Shown: positions 12,301-25,936 of the stretch, piece by piece
How the letters are laid out: every line of letters starts with the position of its first letter
Numbering within the stretch: position 1 is the stretch's first letter
From: the human T2T-CHM13v2.0 reference genome, Homo sapiens
DNA length: 64,000 nt
NCBI RefSeq assembly: GCF_009914755.1
Contig: NC_060928.1
Direction: 5' to 3' (one strand)
The notes under the pieces: generated by a model
What the model saw: the letters and a program-made list of their open reading frames with translations, nothing else
Databases searched by the model: none
Told to the model about the DNA's origin: nothing
Position numbers and translations under genes: made by a program

Positions 12301-14392
12301 CCATAATTAAAAGGAGCAAAGATAAAGTCATGTCTCCAAGAGAGAAGCAAATTTCAGGTAGAACAGGAAGCAGAAGTGGAAGGAAATGTTTGAAAAAGAA
12401 GTTAGAGATATAGGAAATTTTGTTTATGTCAGAACATGAGTTCTATAGGATATCATAGAAGGTTTTGTGGACTTATTTATGGGTGACAAATGGACTTAGA
12501 TGGGGCCAAACAGAGTCAGGTAAAGCAGGGAGCTCAGTTAGTGAGGCATGACTGAGTAGGTGGTTCAAATCTCATTGTGAGAAGTGATGGAAAGAAGAAT
12601 GTAGGGTTGGATAGGATTTGCCCTGATGGTCTCTGGGGGAAGAGTATGCTGTTGAAGGTATGAGTTTGGAGGACAAGAAGCAAGTGGAAAGCTTCTCAAC
12701 AGCCTGATGTGCTCTGAGGCCTCTTTCTTTACTCCTGTTTAACAGAATTATTTATATTTCTTGTTGGATTAACTGTTGTGTTTTAGGCATTGACCTGTTC
12801 TGTCAAGCTACACAACACCTTGAAGAGAAAAATATAGTCTTTTTTAACATGTCCTCACTGCATTACCTAACAAAAGTGCTCATTACATAATGATTTGGTT
12901 GATTCTAGCATATGATATAGTGGATTATTTTAGTAACAATGTATTCTCCTTATCCTAAACTAAAAATAATTCGGACTTATATTTATAGTTTATCAAGCAG
13001 GAAATTGTTTTAATATATGATCTACGTATATTGAAAACCAAAACATTATGTAATCATTATCAGAAGATCCACATTATTTGAACACACTATGCTGGTATAA
13101 AAACCAGTTTCCCTAAGGTGAAAAAAATAAGCCTAAGGCATTTTACCTGACACTAATATTATCATCCTCTTCCAAGAATGACCCAGCTTCTTGATTATAG
13201 AGAAAGTAAGTAAAAACACATTCTTTACCAATTTTGGGGACAACCCTCCCATTCCAAAGTAAAAGACTTTCAGCCCCTTCATTTATGCCTTGTAGCACTG
13301 CACATCTTCCTTTGCCTTTCCCTGAACAAAGATGAGAAACATACCAAAAAGCCACAGTGTACAAGCCTAACTCATGATTGTTTGGAAGATGAAGAGAAGG
13401 GTTCATCTTCCAAAAATGGAAAGGTTCAAATGTTGTCCTCAGAGGGACTAAGAAAAGGGAGGGGCAACAAGGGAAATGTACATCTATATATAATTAAAGC
13501 AAGAGTGAGAGCTATCAATTGATGTTCAACTCTATTAACATTTATGCCCATAAAGAGTAGAGCAATTTCTAATAACTCAGCATTGCCCGTAACCCACCTG
13601 GCCACAAAACTTCATTTTTACTTAATAAGGTTTGAAACATGATGCACAAAAATAACAAAGAAGAGCATCCTTCTATATAAATCAAATATTGATCTTTTTC
13701 TTATTTGTATTAAATGCAGCTTCTTCTTTCATTTGAAATATGAACATATGGCAAGAAAACCCAAAGGTAAATAAAATGCAAATCACTACCTACCCAACCA
13801 CTTTCTGATTATTGCTCATTTTCTCCATCTCCTTTAAATTTTCAGAATGCTAAACAATGTCCCCAATTGAGACCCCAGCTAGCAGCCTTCTGGCATTGCT
13901 AACCTATCTTCATCATATAGTTCTCTTTTGAATTGATTCTTTGCCCATAAGACCTTATTGATAATGAAGTTACAGATTTGTAGAATATATAAATGTTTAT
14001 GTTTCTCATTTTTTCTCCAGAGTAAACACACACATATCTGTGCATTATTCTAAATCAATTAAACTTTCCACTTGCCAGTAAAAGTAGAAAAGGTCAAGCT
14101 CCTTTAAATAAAGGGTAATTAATATTTCCTTGCTGGATAAATGGGTGCTCAATGGTTAAAATTAATTTTCCTAAACAAGGGGATGAGTAACTATAAATGA
14201 CATAAACAATATCAATAGTTTTACTCAGGAAATTACAATGACATTTCAATAAACACCCATCCCCTATAAGTGGGGGTGGGGCTGTGGGAAGAAGACAGCC
14301 ATAGCATTTTTGTGGATCCAATATATAGGCATTTGAAAACGATGTAAACAAAGCAATCAGAAATAGGAAAGCCTTTGGTAACATTTATTTCA

Positions 14393-14530
14393 TTATATAT
14401 ATTATATACTATATATTATATATAAAATATAAATATATTATATACTATATATTATATATAAAATATAAATATATTATATACTATATATTATATATAAAAT
14501 ATATATATATATATAAATATGTATATATAT
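14393..14530. repeat. AT-rich 36-bp minisatellite (~3 copies) plus (TA)n
   Basis: Unit ATATTATATACTATATATTATATATAAAATATAAAT. TACT recurs at 14407, 14443 and 14479. Confidence 0.92.
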
Positions 14531-14840
<310 letters not shown>

Positions 14841-15664
14841 TAGCCACAACAGGTATTGACCTTGTGAAGATAAATTTCAAGTGGCAATATCTGATATACA
14901 CAAGTTACGTAAAAAGAAGTCATGTTAAAATTAGTTTCCATAAATAGAAAATAGAAAACATTGATCTAATTGGTAAAATTGGTGATTTGAGTTAGTTATG
15001 AATCTTAATCAAAGGAATGCAAAAATGTATTTTTCAAGTGATTAGTAATCTAACCTAATTAATTATTATCTAATAAATGTTTTAATCAGTAGATAGGAAA
15101 AGTTCTGATGGGTTACAATTGCCTTTGTAAATAGGTGATTTTAAAATGCTTGAAACATTTCAACTATTTTTAACCCCAGCCCACTCTTATAATGTTTAAA
15201 ATATACAATTTGCAGCCAAACCTGTTAGTTGAGATTTTCATTAAAAATATATTCTTAACATATGCAAATAAGCTAGGCTAGCTTTCCTTGTTTTGTTACT
15301 CTTGGGATCCCTATACTGTTGTTAATGTAAAGTAAATGTGTTCAAAAATATGCCCTTTTACATTCTTTCTCTGCTCCCCCTCTTACTTTTTTTTTGTAGA
15401 TTTTCTTTCTTTTACCTCTTGTGTTTCTGCACAGTTAAATATTGATTCTGCAGATCCTCCTCAAAGCAGAACTTTGTTGCAGAAGAAAGCCTATGTAATT
15501 GTTCAGAAGACCTAAACTGAGTCCACCATTACTGCAGTTTTCTTGCACTCATGCAATTGTAGACTGAGAAAATTTGCATCTTGTTTTCAGATTTTCCTGA
15601 AACTTTTTTGCCAATTGAAGAATTCTTCATTTTATGAGTTAGTATCTTTGGAAGCCTGTTTTGT

Positions 15665-16256
15665 TTTTTTGCTTTTTATTTATTGATTTTTTAAATTTTT
15701 AACTTTTATTTCAATTTCATGGATACGAGTGCCAGTTTGTTACACAGGTAAATTTGTGTTATGAGGGTTTGTTGTACAGATTATTCCATCACCCAGGTAT
15801 GAAGCATAGTATCCACTCATTATTTTTCCTGATTATGTGCTTTCTCTCACTCTCTACCCTCCAGAAGGCCCCAGCTATATTGCTCCTCTCTGTGTCCACG
15901 CGTTCTCATCATTTAGCTCCTACCAATAAGTGAGAACATGCGGCATTTGGTTTTCTGTTTCTGTGTTAGTTTGCTGAGGATAATGGCCTCCAGCTATATC
16001 AATGTCCCTGCAACAGAAATAATCTCATTCTTTTTGATGGCTGCATAGTATTCCATGTTGTATATGTACCACATTTTCTTTATCCAGTCTATCGTGATGG
16101 GCGTTTAGGTTGATTCCATGTCTTTCTACTGTGAATAGTGCTGCAGTGAACATATGTGTGCATGTGTCTTTATGATAAAATGATTTATATTCCTTTGGTA
16201 TATATGCGGCAATGGGGTTGCTGAGTTGAATGGTATTTCTGTCTTTAGGTCTTTGA
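15665..16256 (-). mobile_element. L1 3' end (older L1PA, about L1PA13-16)
   Basis: T-rich tail and L1 3'UTR. ORF 16025-16285 carries the ORF2 C-terminal motif [18 protein letters not shown]. Confidence 0.88.
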
Positions 16257-16461
16257 TTTCCTGATCGTCCAGCTCTCAGTCTCATCAGAATAACTGGTCT
16301 ACCCTCTGCTTCCTTTCACACTGTTGAGGATACTACTTTTTTTAATGTTAATAAACACACAAGCTCATATTTGGAATCCATGGAGACATAAAATTTAATT
16401 TTCTGTGGGTTCATTTCTTTTCTTCTCACTCTCTGTTTTTTCCCCCATGTCTTGGTTGCTA

Positions 16462-17095
16462 TGTATGACAGATTCTATTTTTCAAAAATAGTCACAGTAT
16501 CTACCATCCCATATGCACTCCCAGAAAACTTGCCATTTACCAACAAAAGGTGGAGTGCATATGTGTGTATATGTATGTGTGTAATCAAACATGTTTCACT
16601 TGCTAAAATAATAATGTTGAATCAATAATATATATTATATATAAAACTATATATTGATTATATATTATAGATAAGTATGGTGTTTCCATCAACAGATGCT
16701 TTTTTCTTCTTTTAAAAATTGTGTGTGTGTATGTATGTGTGTATATGTACCTGCGTAATCAAACATGTTTCACTTGGTAAAATAATAATGTTGAATCAAT
16801 ATTAAGTGTGTTCTCCTAAAACAGTTCATACTGTTCTGCATTTGTAGTGCCAAATCACTACAGATTAAAAAGTCCTGCATCGTGGCACCAACTGAGATTA
16901 TCTATCTATACATATATATTATAACATTATACATATAACTTATATAACATATATACAATGACAAATATATATATAACATATATAACGTGTATATATATAT
17001 ATAAAATGACATATACATATATAATCTATATATATGTTATTTTTAGCCAGTAAGTTTTTGGGAAGTTTATTTCACAATATTTAATAACTGAAATA
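16462..17095 (+). mobile_element. MLT1 (MLT1G-like) LTR with its middle replaced by foreign sequence
   Basis: The 5' part ACAGATTCTATTTTTCAAAAATAGTCACA..CCATCCCATATGC..AAGGTGGAGT (to ~16556) and the 3' end TTTTAGCCAGTAAGTTTTTGGG..ATAACTGAAATA (~17036-17095) match MLT1G termini as recalled. Confidence 0.65.
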
Positions 17096-17918
17096 CTTTT
17101 TTGTTGTTTTAGGTGATGAATTTGGGGAAATTAAAAATTATTTCAGTAACCTCAGAAGTGCTTAATGTTAACATAGTCCAATTTGTAGATATTATTTAAT
17201 GGTTAGCACTTTTGTATTTCTTTTAACTTTCATGCTATTTGGTTAATAATCTAATGCTAGAAAGGCTATTGGATGTGGTTATAAAATTACTTAATAATTT
17301 AGTACTTTAAACAGAAGCATAGAATACAAAATATCAAATATGCAGGTAACTATTTTAAACAAAAAATAGACACAGTAATGTAAGTTATAGAATTATATAA
17401 TAGTGACATTTTCTTGGAGATACATAGATATATTGCTAGTAAATATCTAAATTTTATTATATTTAACTTTTAACATTAGATACAAGTGATTTAGAAATTC
17501 AAATTTGTAATATGGTATAAATTGTTATTATATTGATTTCTTTGCAAGATTCCACTACAAATTGGACCAGCTCAGTCTGAGAATATTAAAAGAATAAAAT
17601 AATTTTATATCTATATTTTCATTTTGGAAATAAAATAACTAAAATGTATATATTTTAACTATTATAACAAGAAAAGAAAAAATTCTGTAAAATGCAAGGT
17701 TTAAGAGTTTTATGTTTTAGATCTAATAAAAGTGTTATGTGGAAAATATGTGAGAAGAACATAAGCGTTAAAAATCAAAAAGTTAAACCCTAGATCTGGC
17801 TAATAAATCCCTCAGGAAAATGACTGACAATGTTGCTTATAAAGCCATAATTTGGTTTTAACTGTGGGTAAACTGGTGAAAGTGAATTTAAAGATTTGTT
17901 TCTGCATATTGCTTGTTT

Positions 17919-17926
17919 TATATATA

Positions 17927-17965
<39 letters not shown>

Positions 17966-18005
17966 ACATATACATATGTACTATATAGCATATATCTATA
18001 TATAT
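17919..18005. repeat. (TA)n microsatellite with palindromic flank
   Basis: Directly visible. Confidence 0.85.
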
Positions 18006-18240
18006 AATACTAGTAAATGGCATTATTTACTACTTAGTATTAGGAGGAGAAGTTGTAAATATTGTTTTTAGGTCCATGTGAGCCTCACTTATATTTGAAG
18101 AAATATAAACCCAAGTTTGAACTTGTGGTTTATGTTACAGCAACATTCAAAAAAATGACTTTCAAATGTCTAACACCAGAAAGCAAAATCCATTGAAAAG
18201 TTCGAGTGGAAATTTTAAATATATTTTAACCTCTGCCATC

Positions 18241-18590
18241 TGTCTTAGCCACAGATCCCTAGAGAACAGAGGCTGATTCAAAGGCTTTCATGTGGATGCT
18301 TCCTTACAGTGCAATGCCAATAAAGCAGAAAGAAGGGAAAAGGGATGCAGGTAGAGAATGAGGGGAAAAAAATCAAAGGAAGCACTTTAATGAGCTCATC
18401 AAAGCTTCTTGTGAAGTGTGATTGTTTGTTCCATCTCTGTCTTCTGAGAAACCATAGGCCACAGGATTTACTGCTGGAGGAAGGGAGAAGAAATGATCAT
18501 TTTGCTGCCTTTCACCCTCTGCTATTACTGCTCAAAGTCCCCACTGTGGGACACAGTTGCCAACACTCTGGGTTACGTTTTTATGACAGT
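18241..18590 (-). mobile_element. Old ERVL LTR fragment (LTR33/LTR16-like)
   Basis: TGTCTTAG..TCCCTAGAGAACAGAGGCTGA..AAGGCTT start followed by a purine-rich tract. Confidence 0.45.
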
Positions 18591-19274
18591 ACATAAACAT
18601 AGTTGACAATCTCTCCTTTTTCATTTGGTGCCACGATGCAAGACTTTTTAATCTGTAGTGACTTGGAACTACAAATGCAGGAACAATATTAACTGTTTTA
18701 GGAGAACACACTTATTATTGATTCAACATTACTATTTTACCAAGTGAAACATGTGTGATTACACACATACATACACACACACACAAACACACTTTTTCAA
18801 CAGAAGAAGAAAGCATCTGTTGATGAAAACACCATATTTATATATTTTCTTCACTTAAAGGAGTATGTTTCAAATCTAAATATTTTTAACTTTCTCATAA
18901 TTCTCACTTTCTCTTTTCCCAAAAAAGTTCATCATCAATAATATGTTTCAAGAAATTCCCCTTTGGTTACAAAATAATCCATGGTCAAAACATAAAATTT
19001 AGAATTATGAGATTCCGTGGCCACCCCAAATTAAAAGTTTTGGCATGGGACAGCTATTAAATTTTGTCTCCTAGTAATTTCAAGCTTCTTTTTATTAAAA
19101 ATAACAGGCAGGCACATTAAAACTTCATGATTAGTAAAATGGGTTTCCGAAGTGCTACTTGCAGATGTCATGTTATTATTCAATTGATAATTCATGCATT
19201 TCTCTATAAATATCAAGATACTTTAAAGATGCAAACAGACTTATGCCCTTTAGCTCTAAAATATTATATAAAAA

Positions 19275-22200
19275 ATTAATCCAAAAAGAAAAAATATAGA
19301 TAACTGGAATTTGAGATTTAAATTTTGTGCTTTTCAAAAGACAATGTTAAAGAAATGAAAATCAATTCAAACACTGGGAAAATATTTGCCAAATATGCAT
19401 ATGATAAACATTATATGTAAAAATAAATAAAGATTTCTTACAATTCTGTCATAAGATGACAAGTGTATTAGTCTGTTCTCACACTGCTATAAAGAAATAC
19501 CCAAGACTGGGTAATTGATGAAGAAAAGTGGTTTAATTGACCCCCAGTTTTACATGGCTGGGGGGACTCAGGAAACTTACAACCATGGAGAAAGGAAGCA
19601 GGCATATTTTACAGGGTGGCAGGGAAGAGAGAGTGCATGAGTGCAAGAGAGGGCAGGAAAAACTGGCTTAAACCACCTGATCTCAAAAGAACTAACTCAC
19701 TCTCACAAGAACACATGGGAGGAACTGCCCCTATGATTCAATTACTTCCCACCAGTTCTCTCTGTCCACACCTGGGGATTATAATTCAAGATGAGATATG
19801 AGTGGAGACACAAATCATTCTGCCCCGATCCCTCCCAAAGCTCATGTCCTGACATTTCAAAACCAATCATCCCTTCTCAACAGTCCCCCAAAGTCTTAAT
19901 CCATTCCAGCATTAACTCAAAAGTCCAAGTCCAAAAGTCTGATCTGAGACAAGGCAAGTTCCTTCTTCCTAGGAGCCTGTAACATCAAAAGCAAGTTAGT
20001 TACTTCCAAGATACAATGGGTTTACAGGCATTAGGTAAATACACACATTCCAAATGGGAGAAATTGACCAAAACAAAGGGACTATAGGCCCCCATGCAAG
20101 CCCAAAATCCAGTGGGGCAGTTATTAAACCTTTAAGCTCCAGCATAAAATCGTTTGACTCCATGTCTCACATCTAGGACATGCTTATGCAAAGGGTGGGC
20201 TTCCACAGCCTTGGGCAACTTTGCCCCTGTGGCTTTGTAGGGTACAGGGTACAGCCCCCGCCCTATCTGCTTTCATGGCTGGTGTGGAGTGTCTGCAGCT
20301 TTTCCAGGTGCATGGTTCAAGCTGTCAGTGGATCTACCATTCTGGGGTCTGGAGGATGGTGGCCCTCTTCTCACAGCTCCACTAGGCAGTGTACAAGTGG
20401 GGGATCTGTGTTGCAGCTCCAACCCCATATTTTCCCTTTGCACAGCCCTAGCAGAGGTTCTCCATGAGGGCTCCGCCCCTGTTGCACATCTCTGCCTGGA
20501 CGTCCAGGTGTTCCCATATATCCTCTGAAGTCTGCACAGAGGTTTTCAAACCTTAATTCTTGTTTTCTGTGCATTTAGAGGACCACAACATGTGGAGGCT
20601 GCCAAGGGTGGGGGCTTACACCCTCTTAAGCAATGGCATGAACTGTACCTTGGCTTCTTACAGCCATGACTGGAGCGGCTGGGATGTAGGGTACCAAGTC
20701 CTGAGGCTGCACATAGCAGGGGGACCCTGGACCTTGCTCAGTAAATCATTATTCCCTCCCAGATCTCCAGGCCTGTGATGGGAAGGGCTGCCACAAAGGT
20801 CTCTAACATGCCCTGGAGACATATTTCCCATTGTCTTGGCAATTTACATTTTGTTCCTCATTACTTATGCAAATTTCTGCAGTTGGCTTGAATTTCTCTC
20901 CAGAAAATGGGTCTTTCTTTTCTATCACATCATCAGGTGATCATTTTCCATAGTTTTATGCTCTGCTTCTCTTTTAAACATAAGTTCAAATTTCATATCA
21001 TCTCTCTCAAGTTCATAGTTACACAGATCTCTAGGGCAGGGGCAAAATGGTGCCAGTCTCTTTGCTAAAGCATAACAAGAGTGACCTTTGCTCCAATTCC
21101 CAACTAGGTCCTCATCTTCATCTGAGACCACCTCAGCCTGGAGTTCATTGTTTCATATGACTATCCATATCATATTTTGTTCAAAACTATTCAACACATC
21201 TCTAGGAAGTTCCAAACTTCCCCACATCTTATCTTCTTCTGCTCCCTCCAAACTGTTCCAACATCTGCCTTTTACCCAGTTCCAAAATTGCTTCCACATT
21301 TTTGTGTATCTTTATAGTATCCCACTCCTGGTGCCAATTTCCTGTATTAATTCATTCTCAGACTGTTATACAGAAATACCTGAGACTGGCTAATTTATAA
21401 AGAAAAGAGATTTAATTGACTCACAGTTCCACATGGTTGGGGAGGTCTCAGGGAACTTACAATCATGGGGGAAGGAAGCAAGCACATCTTACATGGCAGC
21501 AGGCAAGAAAGAGTGCAAGAGAGAGAAGTAAAATCACCTTAGAAAATCATCAGTTCTCATGAAAACTGACGCACTATCATGAGAACAGCATGGGGGTCAC
21601 CATGCCCATGATCTAATCACCTCCTACCCTGTCTCTCCCTTAATACCTGGGATTACAATTCAAGATGAGATTTTGGTGGTGACACAAAACCTAACCATAT
21701 CAACAAGCAACCTAACTACAAATGGACCAAAGTACCAAGCAGTCACGTTGCCAAAAAAGATATAAGAATGTTCAATAAGCTCATGAAAATTTGCACCTTA
21801 TTATCCATTAGAGATATGTAAATTAAAACTATAATGCAGTACTGCTGCATACTCATTATAATGGCTAAAATTAAACAGACTGACAATAACAAATTTTAAT
21901 AAGGGTACTGAGGAAAAGAAACTTCTGTTTTGCATTACTGGGAATGCAAAATGGCACAGCCACATTGAAACAGTTTAGATATTCCTTATTAATAAGGTAA
22001 ATACATACTTACTTCATCACATAGCGGCCCCATTATTAGGTACTTACCTTAGACAAATGAAAACATTGATTCACATAAATAATATGAATGTTCTTAATGA
22101 CTTTATTCATCATAGCTCCTGAAAACAGCCCAAATGCCCATCAACTGTTGAACGGATACATGTATTATGGTATATCTACATATATCTACATATCTATATC

Positions 22201-22560
22201 ATTAAGAATTACTCAGAAATAAGACGTAATTACTGATGGTCACAACAACATGAATGAAACTCAAAAATTTTATGCTAAATTGAAGAAACCAGATACAACA
22301 GACTATGTCATTTGAGCCCACATGGAAAATTCTAGGAAAGGCAAAAATCATAGTGACAGGAAGCAACATGTGGTTGCTAAGAGTACAGGACTGGGAAGGA
22401 TTTCGACTTAAAAGTATATGTGGGAACACTTTTAGGTAAGGGAAAGGTTTTGTTTCATGATTTTGATGATAGTTAACACAGCTACACATATTTATTATAA
22501 CATGTCAAATTAGTGATTGTGTTTGATTAAAATCATACCTCGATAAAGCCAATTTTAAAA
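19275..22560 (+). mobile_element. Old L1M 3' portion, split by the MaLR insertion
   Basis: L1 ORF2-end and 3'UTR-like sequence lies on both sides of 19464-21702 and rejoins across the ACAAG TSD (..ATAAGATGACAAG|CAACCTAACTACAAATGGACCAAAG). Confidence 0.75.
19464..21702 (-). mobile_element. Complete MaLR element, THE1D/MSTA-like (LTR 19464-19817, internal 19818-21342, LTR 21343-21702)
   Basis: Two LTRs starting TGTATTA and ending ATCA flank ~1.5 kb of THE1/MST internal sequence. Perfect 5-bp TSD ACAAG (19459-19463 / 21703-21707). Confidence 0.93.
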
Positions 22561-25057
22561 AATCAACAAAAGTAGTAAATTCTGGAGGAGAATATAAATT
22601 TGGCCAGGGACTTACTAAATTAGACATACTTAAATTAATTTTTTTAAGATTAATTATTTTAATTAATCACCTTTTAATATTTCTTTTTAATTTTCTATAC
22701 CTAAACTGATCATTACTCTAAAGGACATAAAATATGGTTTCATATATCAGTTGGTTTAGAGATAATTTTACATGGAGGATGGATTCTTACCGTTTTTCAT
22801 TTATGAAAATGTTGCAGAATTTCATTTTGGTGACGTAAAACCAGAAGAGGCAGGTTTCAGGCAAGATCCTCCATACTATCTCACAGGCCAGACCACAGGC
22901 CATTACAAAACTTGGTCTGGCAGGCCTCACTGAAGAATGCTGCCTTCACCACACCAGATATGGTGCACAGCCAGTGCATAGCAGTCTCTAAAGAGAGCTG
23001 CAGTCAAAGACCCCACCTATCATCCCTGCTAGCCCTGCTCTTAAGCATATACGTCTGCATATGTGGCCTGGGCACCTCCATTCCAAGGTCTACTGTTTGT
23101 GGCCCCCACAGTTGAGGCCTTTCTCAGGTGCCTCTGCTGAGAACTCTTTGTCTGATATCCATGAATACCATTTTCACTTCTCAGTATTTGTCTGCTTTTG
23201 GCTTTTTCCCCTGACCTTATTCTTAGCCTTTGGGTAGAGAAAACATGAGGAGTCTTTTGTTCAGGGTGAGATGACTCTTCCAACTCCACTGTCTGTGTTG
23301 AAGTAAAACCTTTACCTGATGCCATTTCCTGGGGAGAATAGAACATTAGGGGAGCTGGTACCTTCTTTCTGGCTTCTTGGGTACACGATTGAAATAAGTG
23401 AATAGAGCCTTGAACTGTTATTTTCAGTTTGGCTTAAGGCCCTAATTGACTGCCTCAACACTTGGCAGCTCTCAGCTCTTGATAAAACATAATTTAATAT
23501 AAATAAAAGATAAAGAAATACTATCAAAAACGTATGCAGACAGACAAACATTAAGGATCTGTAAACCAAATGGTTGAATTTGGTAACAATTCTATAGCTA
23601 TTTTTTTCTTCACACAAATTTCCATTGTACCTCTAATGGTGTCATGGTAATTGGATGGAAGTCATAGCCATTTGCACACTTTCTTAAGTATATTCTTCAA
23701 TGACTGGAATTGTCTAGAATCTAAAGAAATTATACAATAGAACATGTTTTTTTAAGTAAATAGAAAAAATACTATTATAAAAAGTAAATGTGCATAAATT
23801 AGACGGCCCCTCCTCAAAACCATGATTCCTTAATGTTTGTAAAAAAGTGTGTATATATTTTTATTAGTATTTTTACAAATACTGATCCAAGGTTTTCGAA
23901 ATATTTGTCGCAAATGAGTTCAAAGTTTATTATAGCCCTTATTTAATAATATCAAATTAAAAGCAGTTGGCAGATAGGCATTTTTACTACCCGTTTTAAT
24001 AGACAACTTAGGCAATTTAAAAGGAAAACATTATAATTAATTTTAAAAACACTTTGACTCTACCAGAAATATGTGAATAAGTATCAAAAGAAAGCTATTA
24101 GAATGATTCCTTTTCACTGAAAGGCTACAAAAATTCCTACTGATATTTAAACAGCTACTGGATGGTCAGCAATTTTCTCAAATTGCCAAATATTATTACA
24201 AGTGATCCATACTGTGACAACTCCTTTGTATTGAGAAGATCTTTAGGGAAACCAAAAAAATTGAGTGCAGATTTATGCAGATTTCTTCTTCTCCAGTCAT
24301 GTAATTGCTTAGGAAAAAAAAGCTGTAATACCACATTCAGTAGTTAAATATCCAATAAAATTAGTCCATGGAGCTACGTTGTAAGGTATGGTATTATACA
24401 TTTCCATATAGGCCACCTCTCAAGTGTTCAGGATTATTTTAATTTCTCTCAGAACCATTATGAAAAAAGTATAAGAAAATAGTTGAAAATTTGAGATGAA
24501 AATTATGCAAGTCTCTTCAATATGACAGTTCCATGTTACTTTTAATGGATTTGTTGTTCCCTAGCTACTTTACTTCTAGCAATAATTTGGATATTTATTT
24601 TCTAATTAAATTTTGACTTTAGAAATGACTTATACACATTTAATGTAATAATAAAGCTCTTTACAGTTTTGAAAATATTCAAAATTTTTCCCTTCATTGG
24701 AAGATTTTTCAATTAACACCTAGAGCAAAATTTTAAGAATTATATAATTAGAAAAATTCTGATTACTTCAGGAAATAATGATGTCAAATTGTTCAAGTCG
24801 TTACAAGTTATATTTATTAAAGTTCATGGATAAAAATGTTGTTTTGAATTCAGATTGCTTAATATGGCCTGTAGAATTTGATGTATGGGTGTATTACATA
24901 AACTTATGCTTGAAATGATTTTTCTAAGTGTCAATCTTGCCTGACAGCTCCAAGAAAGCTGAAGAAATTAAGAAGCAACATGATATTCCTTAATAAATAA
25001 ATCCATAAGACAACACCAAGCAACCAGAATGAGAAAGGATGCAGATAAGAGCAAAGA

Positions 25058-25137
25058 CATGGGGGTCGTGCATGGGAGGCAGCATGGGTGGCATGCATGG
25101 GTGGCACCCATGGGTCATGCATGGGTGGCAGCATGGT
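25058..25137. repeat. Degenerate GCATGGGTGG-type micro-array
   Basis: Nine CATG and six GGG runs in 80 bp. Confidence 0.85.
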
Positions 25138-25395
25138 CTTGTCTTCTATTTTGATTTAGATACTTTGAGAGTAGTCTTGATTCCCCATTTCTTAAGTATG
25201 AATAGTTATGCTTATGTAATAAAGGTCTAATTGTAATTAACCTTACAATTTAAGCCTTAGAATGTGGTAAATTAAGGAAGACTCTTCATTTATACTTTGC
25301 ATGCTTTAAAAAATCATGTACATATATTTTGTAAACTTTGTTTATGTCAAACTCTCTTAAACACAAATTATTTCATGGTCTTTATACCAACACTA

Positions 25396-25936
25396 TGTAA
25401 AGGAGAAGACTTTGACTCAATAGCAACAGCAAAACTTAAAAAGAAAACCTGAAGGCTTGTGTCTAGCGGTTTTATCGTTTTCATCTTATGCATCCAACTC
25501 AATAGCAAAAGACATAGAGGTTCTGTGTTTCTTTGCTTATATTATTATACATATATATAAAATATGTAATTATTGTATATATAAATATGTAAAACCCCAC
25601 AAAAATCCTTTCACATCCTTCACCCATGTGATAAACCTCTGAGAGGTTTATCACTGGACATTCTTTAGTAATTCTAATTAGTAATTCTAATGAGAAATTG
25701 CCAAGTAACAGCCTCTCCAACAATGAACTACATCAATGAACTCTGTTTCTAAGCAGGTTATGTGAACCTCTTCCTTTTCACAAATAAAAGCTTCTCTTTA
25801 CCCTTCCCTCACCAAATGCACTGGTAGCTTACCATTCTGTGCATTTTGGATTGTAATTCTCATTTCTCATTTCTCATTTCCTAGTAAACGCAACATATTT
25901 TGGGAAAATTTTCTTTAGTGACTTTTTAGGTTGACA
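25396..25936 (+). mobile_element. ERV1 solo LTR (MER34/MER39-like)
   Basis: TGTAAAGGAG start, AATAAAAGCTTCTCTTTACCCTTCCC, and the characteristic TTTAGGTTGACA end. Confidence 0.55.

Larger units (their letters stand above)
16671..18841. repeat. Inverted repeat pair, arms 16671-16891 and 18625-18841, plus a partial extra copy at 16561-16630
   Basis: Manual alignment of 16756-16891 against the reverse complement of 18625-18761 gives 8 substitutions and 1 indel in ~137 nt. Confidence 0.95.

Noticed and set aside
16671-18841. Inverted arms as the TIRs of a 2.2-kb DNA transposon
   Set aside because: No TSD or transposase, and the MLT1 LTR has its 5' end outside and its 3' end inside the arms, so only the left arm was inserted.
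19616-21393. Cluster of 60-100 aa ORFs
   Set aside because: All lie within the MaLR element and are decayed internal sequence.
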